From NCBI GenBank assembly GCA_963764725.1, contig CAVXTM010000012.1:128001-192000 (forward strand): DNA of 64,000 bases. Reading direction: 5' to 3'. Origin of the DNA: an uncultured Gammaproteobacteria bacterium (lineage in GTDB: Bacteria; Pseudomonadota; Gammaproteobacteria; JACCXJ01). The position numbers were made by a program, and so were the translations under genes. Below, piece by piece: positions 38,901 to 48,842 of this stretch; the stretch's first letter is position 1; every line of letters begins with the position of its first letter. The notes below the pieces were generated by a model. It worked only from the letters and a program-made list of their open reading frames with translations, ran no database searches and was not told where the DNA came from.

Positions 38901-41900
38901 CCTGGGTGTTACTCGTAATTATTCTAGCTTCCCAACTCGTTGGCCCGCCATCCGACCGCGAGCCGAATGGCGTCGCGCCATCGTTGGATGTCCATGTTGA
39001 ACCCGTTGGCTCGACCACGAGTCCGGCATAAAGACCTACCTGTTGATGGGTGGATGGTCCAAAGTGATCGTGAGTAAAAACCGTTCGCAATGTGCGGTCG
39101 ACGCCTGAATTGTCCACCAGAGGATCGAGGTACCAACGCTGGACAGTGGTCTGCGCACCCTCCCATTGCGACGCACACTGTGCCGGAGGCTGAGGTCCGG
39201 AGCAGATTTGAGCCGGAGGCGGTTTAAGAGCCGGTGGACCGGCCGCGCATCCGGGACAAGGCGTCCAGGATCCACCGGGCTTGTTAATAGCGTGTATTAT
39301 CTCCTGCACTTCTTCCGTGGCAAACGTGCCATCTTCATAGTTGAAGCCGTTACCCGCCCCGTCAGAAGACGTCACGTCAAACTTCACTAGATGGATGTGC
39401 TGACCCAGAATGTCGGTGGGTGTGCGCACCTGGAAATCATCAACCTGATAGTAGTTGGGGACCAGGTTCGTATGCCAGTACTCGATTATGTCTCCCGAAT
39501 TACCACGGAAGAATAACGGTTCCGGGTTGCGGGTGGTGGCGATAGTTGGAGCAACGTCATCCCACAAGGTGAGGATGCGTTGTTGCGGAAAGTGCCAGCG
39601 CTTTTTGTTGAGGACCACATCCATTTGAATGGCCGCAGCCTTGTAGACGCGCTTCTTCCCAATTGCGTTGCCATCGTCATCGACCGCCGGATCTGCGAAA
39701 GGAGCGCCCATCTGCGGACCTAAAGGTAGGCCGTTCACAATGAAGCCGGTGGGCGGTTTTTGTTGAATGGCTGGCGGCGACGGGCACGAGCCTGGTGTTC
39801 CGTCCGGGAACGATGTCGGGTAACACCGCTTGCTGAAGAAACTGATGGCCACCTTCTCCACAGGGGTTCCTGCTTCATCAAGCTGGGTGGCGTTGATCGT
39901 CTCCAGGTCCTTACTCCAGTCGAATAAGTCATGACTCTCAAACTTGATCGAGCCTCCAGTAACGATGTGGCGCGGCAAGCCGCCGTCCATGAAGCCACCG
40001 GCTCCGTCCGGCGCGAAATCAAACGGCGGATGCGGTGCGCGGGCGCCTGCCCTGCCAGGAATGAAAAAAGGAAATCCCGGGTTGACCGTTACATTCTGCC
40101 CGGTCTTATCGGGCGTTGCGGGAGTTCCATAAACGATCTGTCCCTGATCGATGAAGACCGGTGACGGCAACGGAGCCATGGGAAGGGTCGGCAACGGCAC
40201 GATCGCGGGGTTGGGCGTCCCGGCCTTGATCTCACCGTCAGGCAGCGCACGCGTGCCGCTCACAGGAATTCCATCCTTGTTGAGTTGCGAGCCGGCTTCA
40301 AACACGTCATGGGTCCGCCACATCGCCCACATGCCCGCGGCGAAGTGCGGGTAGAAGTGGCAGTGGAATATCGAGTCTCCCACCACCTTGTTCCGATTGC
40401 CGCTGCCGTTATAGGTCATCTCCAACGTGTAGCTGGCGCCAGGGCTAATCATCTGACTATCCAGGTAGCTTCCTTGATCGCTGTTGGGTGACTGAAGCCA
40501 CTGGTGTGCATGCTGATGATGGACATGCGTCACGTCCCTTCCCCCGTGAAGAATCCTGAATTTGACGTGATCGTTGATGTAGCTGTGATAGACGTTGGAT
40601 GGGTCGTCCGGGAAAAACGCTTTCGTGGCCTTAGGAAGCGGAGCAAGCGTATAAGGGAAACCTGATGTTGGCGTCCTTGCATTCGCACAGGTCGGATGCG
40701 GCGATGTTGGCGGAGTTGTGCCTTCAAAAGTCGAGGTGGTGTTGCATGGGGGAACGAAGTTCGTGTTGGTTGCCGGGTTGAAGGGTTGGGTTGAAAGATT
40801 GTTGGAGTTTGCCGGCCTATCGACCAGCATCGCAGGATCGCCCACCGACCACGCGCTAAGGAAGAACTCTTCAAACTTACAATCTACGCAATCCCCCATT
40901 GGGCCCACGCCAATCCGGTTAGCGTAAATTTCTGCTCCAATGCCGCCAGTACCGTAATTGATGGCGAAGGCATCCTGGCCGGCTTGAGTCATGGCCGCCG
41001 TGTCCTTTTCCGCTTGCGTCGCATTTGAGGCTGGATTGGACAAGATTGGAAAGGCCTGCGACGCAATCGGACTCAGTCCGCCGTGATAGATAACCGTGAT
41101 CTCGCGATAGGGCTGTTTGCGATCCGGCGAAGCTGGGTTCTGGCAAAACAGGGGATCGATTTTTCCACCCCGGGGTGCTGTTCCATTGTTCTTTGCGTTG
41201 CACGGTGGATCGGGCTTGTTCGGGTCACCATTGGCGCCAGGGAATCTGCCGGCGTTCGGGCCCGTGATCATCGCAGTTAGATCACTGTGTACAATATTAT
41301 TCTTGGCATCGAGCATCTTAAGGATGGGAGTGCCGTTAGCATCGGTGGCGTCATAATTGATGAGTGGATAGTTATCCGTCGTATTCAGCGACCCGTCTGC
41401 TTTCTTGATGACTTTGATCTGTCTGGCATTGGGGCCAGTGAACTTTAAGGTGCATGGAACTGCGGCAGTGCAAGCGCCAGCGCTGATACTCGCATTCGCC
41501 GGCAGGCTCTTGGCGTTGTAGGTAGCGCGTGCTAAAGCATCGGCCGTTACCTGACTGCGATACCATTCTGCTTTTGCAGGTTGGACGTTTAAGGCCCCAA
41601 AGAGTCCTCGCGCCATTTGGTCTCCAAGGGTGCTCGTATCACCCATCGTGTACAGCAGAAACGTACCCTCTTCCCTCGCGAAAAGAGTGTAGGTCTGTGT
41701 CTGCGAGGGCATATTCGGGGGAACAGGAGCGGCGCTTGCGAGGCTGGAGTTATTTTTCCCGACGAACGAGCCATCGTCCTGGGTTCCTACGACCCATTCC
41801 ATACCCTGAACGTGTAAAGACACCTCCGTTGTGCCTGTCTTCGCTGCCGGCAGTGTAGTAGTTCCGAAGTTGCTTGTCGGTATCGAATTTATGAAAACAA

Positions 41901-42264
41901 TCTTGAGGCAGTCTCCTACATTCGCACGCAAGATGAGGGGACGCGGTCTCTTACCTGGCCGAAGCTGAACTTGATTCCCTACCGTCACCGTGTCGCGCTT
42001 GAGCGCAAAAATCAGCCCATCAGGAATTGCCGCTCCTAAGCGATTCAGCATGATCGGTTGGGGTAATGCCACAACGGCGGCTTTAATCGTCCGCTTACAG
42101 GCAGGCATAGAGGGTGTGGCCTGAGCACCTGCCGGCCTAGCGATGCATAATAGGAATGAAAGAAACAGAATCAGGTAGCCGACGAAGCGTGCCGAGGCTG
42201 CTCTTACGGCCAAGCCTATCTTCCTCGATTCGCCGAGCTGACGGCTACGAGTGCTCAAGATCAT
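38887..42264 (-). CDS. Large multicopper oxidase, N-terminal portion (MnxG-like)
   Basis: Signal peptide; RPRPLILRANVGDCL, HVHHQHAHQW, IFHCHFYPHFAAGMW (type-1 Cu), GQHIHLVKFD, FTHDHFGPSTHQQVG. Confidence 0.88.
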   Translation of the reverse strand: MILSTRSRQLGESRKIGLAVRAASARFVGYLILFLSFLLCIARPAGAQATPSMPACKRTIKAAVVALPQPIMLNRLGAAIPDGLIFALKRDTVTVGNQVQLRPGKRPRPLILRANVGDCLKIVFINSIPTSNFGTTTLPAAKTGTTEVSLHVQGMEWVVGTQDDGSFVGKNNSSLASAAPVPPNMPSQTQTYTLFAREEGTFLLYTMGDTSTLGDQMARGLFGALNVQPAKAEWYRSQVTADALARATYNAKSLPANASISAGACTAAVPCTLKFTGPNARQIKVIKKADGSLNTTDNYPLINYDATDANGTPILKMLDAKNNIVHSDLTAMITGPNAGRFPGANGDPNKPDPPCNAKNNGTAPRGGKIDPLFCQNPASPDRKQPYREITVIYHGGLSPIASQAFPILSNPASNATQAEKDTAAMTQAGQDAFAINYGTGGIGAEIYANRIGVGPMGDCVDCKFEEFFLSAWSVGDPAMLVDRPANSNNLSTQPFNPATNTNFVPPCNTTSTFEGTTPPTSPHPTCANARTPTSGFPYTLAPLPKATKAFFPDDPSNVYHSYINDHVKFRILHGGRDVTHVHHQHAHQWLQSPNSDQGSYLDSQMISPGASYTLEMTYNGSGNRNKVVGDSIFHCHFYPHFAAGMWAMWRTHDVFEAGSQLNKDGIPVSGTRALPDGEIKAGTPNPAIVPLPTLPMAPLPSPVFIDQGQIVYGTPATPDKTGQNVTVNPGFPFFIPGRAGARAPHPPFDFAPDGAGGFMDGGLPRHIVTGGSIKFESHDLFDWSKDLETINATQLDEAGTPVEKVAISFFSKRCYPTSFPDGTPGSCPSPPAIQQKPPTGFIVNGLPLGPQMGAPFADPAVDDDGNAIGKKRVYKAAAIQMDVVLNKKRWHFPQQRILTLWDDVAPTIATTRNPEPLFFRGNSGDIIEYWHTNLVPNYYQVDDFQVRTPTDILGQHIHLVKFDVTSSDGAGNGFNYEDGTFATEEVQEIIHAINKPGGSWTPCPGCAAGPPALKPPPAQICSGPQPPAQCASQWEGAQTTVQRWYLDPLVDNSGVDRTLRTVFTHDHFGPSTHQQVGLYAGLVVEPTGSTWTSNDGATPFGSRSDGGPTSWEARIITSNTQDELS

Positions 42265-42653
42265 TCGACCAACCCCCTTCCCCGAACCAAAGCGAAGCTA
42301 ACGAGGGTTAACAGCTCTCGTTAGTAGACTAAAGTCTGAAAACAGTCCAGTGAGAAAACCGGTAAACGTCCTGTATACCTTGACGGTTAAAGCGTATCTT
42401 CTTGGTTCGTATATTGATAATTCAAGCGTAGTTCTTCGACCTTTTTAAGTCAAGCAAATATTTTTTCTCAGAAGCTAACCATTCGGCCAGTTTGTTTCGA
42501 TGTATGAATAATGAGTTAAAGCGGGAGTACTGTCCAACCTCGGCCTCTTAACAGTAGAATCGACGGGTACGACGCTCACGCCGAGGAGATTTGGTCGCTG
42601 CAGAGTAAAGGTGTTGGCAGTGTTCTAGGCGGCTGGTTTCATGATGGGGACTT

Positions 42654-44639
42654 ATGAGGAACAAATCCTGCGCACGTAGTCAAATCCGCGAGACAAAATC
42701 TCGTCTCGCGACCCTATACATCCAGCTGCTCATAATGCTTGTGTCGCAGGTGGCTTTAAACGTTACACAGGTTTATGCGCAACCCCGCCAACCACAAAAA
42801 TATTTGAGAGAGGGCGTAGCGATCGAATTCACGATTGAACCCGTCGCAGCAAGAAAAGGAAGAGTGTCTGAACTATTGGAAGGCACAGAGGCGACGATAC
42901 GGTTCAAAATCACCGACACTAACGCGGGTAGAGCCCTCAGCAACCTTCGTCCTGCGGCGTGGATCGATCAGCGCGAGGCCGAAAGAGCTTCGGATCCAAG
43001 GGCGTGCCGCGAGAAAGTTCAATCGTTTCTGCAACCCAGCTTCAATAAGCGCCCGGACATCGACCTCAATGCCTACTTCATTCTGGCCTTGAATCACGAA
43101 CCCAACATTTCAATCATAGATCCACTCTCGGGTTTCGGGGGGACCAAACTCTATACCCTGGTCCCCTTGTCCGGCGCTGGAGAAGATTGGGTCATGAGCG
43201 CCGACGAAAAAAGGCTCTATGTCTCCATGCCGCTCGTTAATCAAGTCGCCGTGATCGATGCCCTCACCTGGAAACTGATCGCGAACATTGATGCGGGCGT
43301 AAACCCGACGCGCATCGCGTTGCAGAACGATGGGAAATACCTGTGGGTGGGAAACGATGGCCCTGAAGACAAAGACAGCGGGGTCACTGTGATCGATACG
43401 GTAATATTGAAAGTTGCGGCTCAACTCGATACAGGGATGGGACATCATGAAATTGCCTTCACTGGCGATGATCGCTGGGCCTTCATATCTAATAAGCAAA
43501 GCGGAACGCTGTCAGTAATAGACGTGCGCAAGCTCGCCGGGGTCACGGACATTAAGGTCGGCTCGTTGCCTGCTGCATTGGCTTTTTCGCCTCTCAGCAA
43601 GGCGGTTTATGTGGCTAACGAAGGTGATGGAACGATAGTCGCGGTTGACGGGTTGCGTTTCGAGATCTTGGCGCGCATGAAAGCTCAACCCGGACTCCGC
43701 GCTATACGCATCCTGCCGGATGGCCGCTTTGGCTTCGTGGTCAATCGAACGGTCAACACGGTTTACATCTTCGACTTGGCTACGAACCGTCTGGTCCATG
43801 CTGTCCCTGTTGGGCTCGCCCCCGATCAGATTACCTTTACCAGACAATTTGCCTATGTACGCGCCGCTGACAGCGAGTTCGTCACCATGATCAAGATCAC
43901 GGACCTCGGCAAGGAAGCTCAAAAAGTGGCAGTTTCTCGTTTTCCTGCTGGCCAGAGAAGGCCGCAAGAATCGCCCTCCACGTCGCTCGCCGATGCAATC
44001 GTTCCGGCCCCGGAGGAGGGTGCGGTGCTGGTCGCAAATCCTGCCGACAAAATGATTTATTTTTACACTGAAGGCATGGCCGCACCGATGGGTAGTTTTC
44101 AGAATTACCGGCGCCATCCCAAAGCAGTGCTCGTCTTGGATAATAGTTTGCGCGAGACTCCGCCCGGAGTTTATACCACCACTGTCCGGCTCACCGGACC
44201 GGGCCGCTACGACGTGGCATTGCTCCTGGATTCCCCTCGCCTGTTCACCTGTTTCGACCTCACCGTCGCGGAGAATCCCGGCTCGCCGAGGCAAAAAGCG
44301 GTCGCAATCAAGATTGAGCCGCTCTTGGAAGATACGAGCCTTCGTGTTGGTGCACGCTATAACTTACGTTTCAAGGCAAGCGACTCAAATTCCAACCAAC
44401 CGAAGGCGGATCTGAAGGATATGGGTGTACTGGTATTTCTCGCGCCGGGCATCTGGCAGCAACGCGAATGGGCCAAGCCGCTCGGCGATGGTGTTTACGA
44501 AATGAGCTTTTCGCCGCCGCAAGCAGGCGTGTATTATGTCTACTTCCAGTGCCCGTCGCTGGGAGTCCAATTCAACCACATACCACACTTAACTCTGAAC
44601 GCGGCAAAGGGCGACGGCGTCCAGAGCGAAAGCGACTGA
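42654..44639 (+). CDS. YVTN/cytochrome d1-like beta-propeller protein with C-terminal Ig-like domain
   Basis: Repeated LYVS...VAVID, AFISNK.SGTLSVID, VYVANEGDGTIVAVD blades; YFYTEGMAAPMGSF; divergent from the MCO. Confidence 0.8.
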   Translation: MRNKSCARSQIRETKSRLATLYIQLLIMLVSQVALNVTQVYAQPRQPQKYLREGVAIEFTIEPVAARKGRVSELLEGTEATIRFKITDTNAGRALSNLRPAAWIDQREAERASDPRACREKVQSFLQPSFNKRPDIDLNAYFILALNHEPNISIIDPLSGFGGTKLYTLVPLSGAGEDWVMSADEKRLYVSMPLVNQVAVIDALTWKLIANIDAGVNPTRIALQNDGKYLWVGNDGPEDKDSGVTVIDTVILKVAAQLDTGMGHHEIAFTGDDRWAFISNKQSGTLSVIDVRKLAGVTDIKVGSLPAALAFSPLSKAVYVANEGDGTIVAVDGLRFEILARMKAQPGLRAIRILPDGRFGFVVNRTVNTVYIFDLATNRLVHAVPVGLAPDQITFTRQFAYVRAADSEFVTMIKITDLGKEAQKVAVSRFPAGQRRPQESPSTSLADAIVPAPEEGAVLVANPADKMIYFYTEGMAAPMGSFQNYRRHPKAVLVLDNSLRETPPGVYTTTVRLTGPGRYDVALLLDSPRLFTCFDLTVAENPGSPRQKAVAIKIEPLLEDTSLRVGARYNLRFKASDSNSNQPKADLKDMGVLVFLAPGIWQQREWAKPLGDGVYEMSFSPPQAGVYYVYFQCPSLGVQFNHIPHLTLNAAKGDGVQSESD

Positions 44640-44715
44640 GCCTTAAAGCCATTCCACGGGCCGAGGAGAGCCACCGCAACGCGAACTCACTGCCTAGCCT
44701 AGCATCCGTGACGGA

Positions 44716-45285
44716 TTATTCGCGGTTCGCAGCATCCGTGATCACTTTTACCAGTGTAGCCGGTGGTGTGAGGCCGTAAGCTCTGGTCCAATAGCCGGTC
44801 ATATCATTACCGATAAGGATCATAGGCGTATGGTCGTTCTTGTCGCCGACCGCGGCTCCGAGCGCTTGCAGTAACGATTCAATCTCGGCTTTGTTGCCGG
44901 TCACAAATGTCCATCCCGGTCCAGCCTTAAACTTTGCGGCAAAGTCACGCAGCCTTTCGGGAGTGTCGGTAGTAGGATCGACGCTGACAGAAATCAACCG
45001 TACCTCGAGTCCGATGCGTTCCCCCAGGTCCTGCTGGAGCTTACGAAACATTGCGGTCAAAGGAGGGCAGATGGTAGTGCAAGTGGTAAAAATAAAGTTG
45101 ATGGCAACCGTCTTGCCTTTGATCAAATCGGTATAAAAACTAAGCCGCTTGCCATTCTGATCGTAGACTGCGGTATCCGGGATCCGCAGTGATGAGATAG
45201 AACCTGTATTCGCCGTCACTGGTCCCGCCGTGCTACCTGACGCCGACATCAATGCAAACAGCATCACCGGTACTTTGATCGGCAT
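44716..45285 (-). CDS. SCO1/SenC copper chaperone
   Basis: FIFTTCTTICP (CxxxC), ISVSVDP..DTPERL, WTFVTG, DH. Confidence 0.93.
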   Translation of the reverse strand: MPIKVPVMLFALMSASGSTAGPVTANTGSISSLRIPDTAVYDQNGKRLSFYTDLIKGKTVAINFIFTTCTTICPPLTAMFRKLQQDLGERIGLEVRLISVSVDPTTDTPERLRDFAAKFKAGPGWTFVTGNKAEIESLLQALGAAVGDKNDHTPMILIGNDMTGYWTRAYGLTPPATLVKVITDAANRE

Positions 45286-45292
45286 TGATTCT

Positions 45293-45408
45293 GAATACCC
45301 CGCCGTTTACGGCGGGTACCTTAGCATTGGGGTTTCCAAAGGGGAGTAGTGTAACTCTTCCCTTTGGTCAAGGGCGGGGTGCATACCCCGCCCGCGAAGT
45401 ATAATTGA
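45293..45408 (-). repeat. Dispersed three-hairpin repeat, copy D
   Basis: Reverse complement is tcaattatacttcgcgggcggggtatgcaccccgcccttgaccaaagggaagagttacactactcccctttggaaaccccaatgctaaggtacccgccgtaaacggcggggtattc. Confidence 0.85.
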
Positions 45409-45448
45409 TTTCGTCTGCGCGATCGTCTGGAGCCGTTCGTAGCCCACC

Positions 45449-47068
45449 TCAATCGCTGTCGATCCAACCGCTCGCGGGCAGGAACTGTTTCGTTTCCAGG
45501 TCTATGGTAACCACGTATGCACCCATCGCCCCGATGCGACGATTGATCCCATAAGTGACTGCTGGCGTCACCCCCGTGGGATACTCATAAAGTCCTTCAA
45601 GAGCCTGTATCAGCTTTTCCCGGCTCAAGTCTTTACCAGCCCGTTTCAAACCCTCAATCAATATCCTCGCGGCACCATACGCTGAACGTTGCACGGCCAA
45701 ATGATGCGCAGGCAGCTTGTGTTTTGTCGCGAGGTCGCGAAATTCTTCGATTCCATCGGCAGTTTGGTCGTCGGGCGATGAAGGAACGGAGAAGAATATT
45801 TTCTGGGCGAAGCTTGGAGGAGCACCAAGAATTTCATTTCCCGCAACTACTCCAGGCAAGTAAAAAGTAGGCAACCAACGCAGCTCATTAGCCTCTTGCA
45901 TTAGTGCTATGGCTTCTCTGCCCGTACCTAAGAAGAAAATGACACTCTTGTTGGTCTGTTTCAACTTTGCGACGAAGCCTGGGACATCAGCATCCGCGTG
46001 CGGATAGCCGTAAGTTTCGGGTGGACCACAGCCGCTCTTTTGACATTGATCCGTGATGGCTTCGAGCACACCCTTAGCCATTTCGTCGTCAGAATAGACA
46101 ATGAGCACGCCAGCTCGCTTATCGGGCATTCTCTGACAAGCGAAGTTGACAAGCGCGCGAGCTTGTCCGTCCACTCCTGACAGAATATAGAAGACGTGAC
46201 GATTCAAAGGAAAGCCGCCCTGCGGATAGAGAGTGAGTGGACCCACCAACGGCACTTCCAAATTGTCCATAAGCGCGGCGAGTTCCTTATCAGCACCCGC
46301 GGTAAAAGCGCTCGTCATTGCGAAGACCTGTTCGTTCTGAATGAAACGCTTGACGATCGCGCTGGTTGTTATGGGCGTATCGGCGGTCTCGTTGATTTTC
46401 AATTCGATTTTGCGATTGTAGATTCCGCCCCGGCTATTCAATTCTTCAAAGAAAGCCGTCGTCACCGCTTTGATGGCCTGGCCGATGCCGGCCAAGTCGG
46501 CTCTAGCCGGAATAGTAGTTCCGATCGTGATGCTGTTCTCGGTCAGTCCAGGATCGCGGTCTTTGCCAAGTCGCTTCAGATATGCAACGAGATCTCCCAG
46601 GTCCTCTTGTGAGAGTTGGTAGTGGGGCATGACATTGAGCAGTTTGTTGCCTGCCGGATCAACACCGCGCGTAATTGCCAGTCCAAGCGTGCGGTCGGTA
46701 TAAGGTGGATGCGTGCGTCCCCCTGGACGAGTAACTCCATACGGCTTTGTTAGCGCTTCCCAGGTAAGATTTGAGGGAACGACGCCACCCTCGGGCTTAC
46801 CTCGTCCATCGAGTCCATGGCAGTTCGCGCAGGGCATCGTCCCGCCCGGCACTTCTAATGATGATTCGCCCAAATAAGCCAGAATCTTGCGTCCACCGGG
46901 ACTGGTGCCGTGTACATAGATCTGTTTGCCGGACTTCTCCTGAGCTGTCAAAAGATCTTGTGCTACCCCACCCGCAAAGACAAAATCGCCAAATGAACCG
47001 GGGAGGATGAGGCCAGCAACAATAGCTGGACCGATGATGGATGCCTGACTTTTGGTGGTGCGTGCCAT
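45449..47068 (-). CDS. Cytochrome c / periplasmic (Leu-binding type) substrate-binding fusion protein
   Basis: CANCH heme motif, GVDPAG..L..VMP.Y, then N.RGGIYNRKIEL and SREKLIQALE (type I PBP). Confidence 0.85.
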   Translation of the reverse strand: MARTTKSQASIIGPAIVAGLILPGSFGDFVFAGGVAQDLLTAQEKSGKQIYVHGTSPGGRKILAYLGESSLEVPGGTMPCANCHGLDGRGKPEGGVVPSNLTWEALTKPYGVTRPGGRTHPPYTDRTLGLAITRGVDPAGNKLLNVMPHYQLSQEDLGDLVAYLKRLGKDRDPGLTENSITIGTTIPARADLAGIGQAIKAVTTAFFEELNSRGGIYNRKIELKINETADTPITTSAIVKRFIQNEQVFAMTSAFTAGADKELAALMDNLEVPLVGPLTLYPQGGFPLNRHVFYILSGVDGQARALVNFACQRMPDKRAGVLIVYSDDEMAKGVLEAITDQCQKSGCGPPETYGYPHADADVPGFVAKLKQTNKSVIFFLGTGREAIALMQEANELRWLPTFYLPGVVAGNEILGAPPSFAQKIFFSVPSSPDDQTADGIEEFRDLATKHKLPAHHLAVQRSAYGAARILIEGLKRAGKDLSREKLIQALEGLYEYPTGVTPAVTYGINRRIGAMGAYVVTIDLETKQFLPASGWIDSD

Positions 47069-47206
47069 GTCATGCTCGGGCCAGCTTACGTCAAAAAAAA
47101 TGGCACTGGGATAGGCCGACTTCTCTTGTACTGCGTCAAACCGCACTGCGACGAGCGAGCACGCGACAAAGCAGATGGGCTGCGCAGTAACTTTTGCAGA
47201 GCTTCC

Positions 47207-48841
47207 TTAGAACGAACCTTCAACCACTCCTACGAGAGCGTTCATACGCTGCCGAACGAGGCTCTGGATTTTCCGGGCCAGGCTAAGAAAGGCTTCCGGA
47301 TCAACCCCGGTTGGCTCTTCGAGATCCGCGTCCGGCTGCAGGCAGCACACCTTCGCTGCGGCCCAAGGGAACCTCTTGATTGCCATCTGCTGCTGTTGTT
47401 TCGTCATGCAAAAGATGGTTTCAGCTTTAGCGGCAAGTTCGGTGCTTAGGTTTTGCGAACGATGTTCGAAGGCGGGCACCCCTAACTGTCCCAGCGCTCG
47501 CTTCGCTCCAGTGGTCATCGGCGCGCCGGGCTCTGCCGACAAGCCAGCGCTCAAGGCCTTTACTCCGCTGACGCCCAGTGCTTCGGGCGGCACCTTCAGC
47601 AGCCGGGCGATCTCGGCGTTGCAGATCGCCTGCGCCATTGGCGAGCGGCTGGTATTCCCGCGGCAGACGAAGACAAACAGACGCTGCAAGGCATTGGGAT
47701 GTCTTGTGTGAACCAAATGACAAGAATGAGTTCGGATAACCATCCACACCTCAGCGGAAGCTTGAAGCCCGGCTGATGACATGGAGCCGGGGGGTAGATG
47801 GACCCGGAACTCAGCGCCGCAGTCCACTCGAGCTTCAATCTTTGGGCCGCTGCGATCGAGTCGCTTCACCCGCCCACTAATCACGTTGCCGACGCCGACC
47901 ATCTCGGGGCGCGCGGACGCGAGCAGGATATCGCCGGCCCGTATGCCGAGGCGGACTTCTGCCCCTGGCGCAACCCTTGTCGGCGGAGCCTCAAGCTCGA
48001 TAGAGCTGCCGGCTATACGGCAGGTCATAGTGCCTTTCTGCTCTTGGACCCCAACCACCGTCGCGTTAAAAAGGTTTTCGAAGCCGGCAAACTGTGCCAT
48101 GGTTTCGTGGCGCGGTGCGGACACCACGTCAAGAGGTGGCCCTTCCGCCACAATCCGCCCCTGGTCGAGGGCAACCACGCGCTCTCCCAGGGCAAAGACT
48201 TCCTCATGATCATGGGTGACGTAGAGTATGGGGATCCGCCGTGCTTCGTTCCATCTGCGCATGTCATCGATGATCCCGGTCTTGGTGCGAACGTCCAATG
48301 AGGACAGCGGCTCATCCAGGAGCAACACACAGGGTTCTGGGACCAGAGAACGCGCCAGTGCAACCCGCTGTTGTTCGCCTCCAGAAATCTCGCGCGGCAG
48401 CCGCTTGCGAAGGTGCGCAATCTGAAACGATTCCAGGATATTGGCCATTCGCCGTTCGCGCTCTAGTGCATCCAGGCGGCGGAGGCCGTAGGCGACATTC
48501 TCGCGTACGTTTAAGTGAGGAAAGAGCGCAAGGTTTTGGAACACAAAGCCGACTCCGCGTTGCGCCGGCCCGACGCTTATTCGCTGTCCCGCGTCGAAGA
48601 GCACCCGCTCCCCGATGGCGATGCGGCCCTGCTCCGGATCGGACAAGCCGGCGATGCAGCGCAGAAGCGTCGACTTTCCTGCCCCCGACGGGCCGAGAAG
48701 GATGGTGATCCCCGGCAAGACCTTGAATTCCGTTTCAAGCTGGAAACCGGAATCGTTGCATGTCGCATAGCACTTGCGCACGCGGACGTCGAGTGCACCG
48801 CTTGCTCCCGTTCGTTGCTGGGACTCTGCTACGGAACTCAT
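47207..48841 (-). CDS. modC: Molybdate/tungstate ABC ATPase with TOBE domains, fused to an LMW-PTP/ArsC-like domain
   Basis: GPSGAGKS, ISGGEQQRV, LLLDEP, YVTHD; C-terminal VFVCRGNTSRSPMA, SAG, HRSQ, IFCM, DLEEP. Confidence 0.85.
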   Translation of the reverse strand: MSSVAESQQRTGASGALDVRVRKCYATCNDSGFQLETEFKVLPGITILLGPSGAGKSTLLRCIAGLSDPEQGRIAIGERVLFDAGQRISVGPAQRGVGFVFQNLALFPHLNVRENVAYGLRRLDALERERRMANILESFQIAHLRKRLPREISGGEQQRVALARSLVPEPCVLLLDEPLSSLDVRTKTGIIDDMRRWNEARRIPILYVTHDHEEVFALGERVVALDQGRIVAEGPPLDVVSAPRHETMAQFAGFENLFNATVVGVQEQKGTMTCRIAGSSIELEAPPTRVAPGAEVRLGIRAGDILLASARPEMVGVGNVISGRVKRLDRSGPKIEARVDCGAEFRVHLPPGSMSSAGLQASAEVWMVIRTHSCHLVHTRHPNALQRLFVFVCRGNTSRSPMAQAICNAEIARLLKVPPEALGVSGVKALSAGLSAEPGAPMTTGAKRALGQLGVPAFEHRSQNLSTELAAKAETIFCMTKQQQQMAIKRFPWAAAKVCCLQPDADLEEPTGVDPEAFLSLARKIQSLVRQRMNALVGVVEGSF

Positions 48842-48842
48842 G

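Noticed and set aside
44700-44745. 11-bp direct repeat agcatccgtga at the SCO 3' end
   Set aside because: Short, with no associated element; may be chance or part of a convergent terminator.
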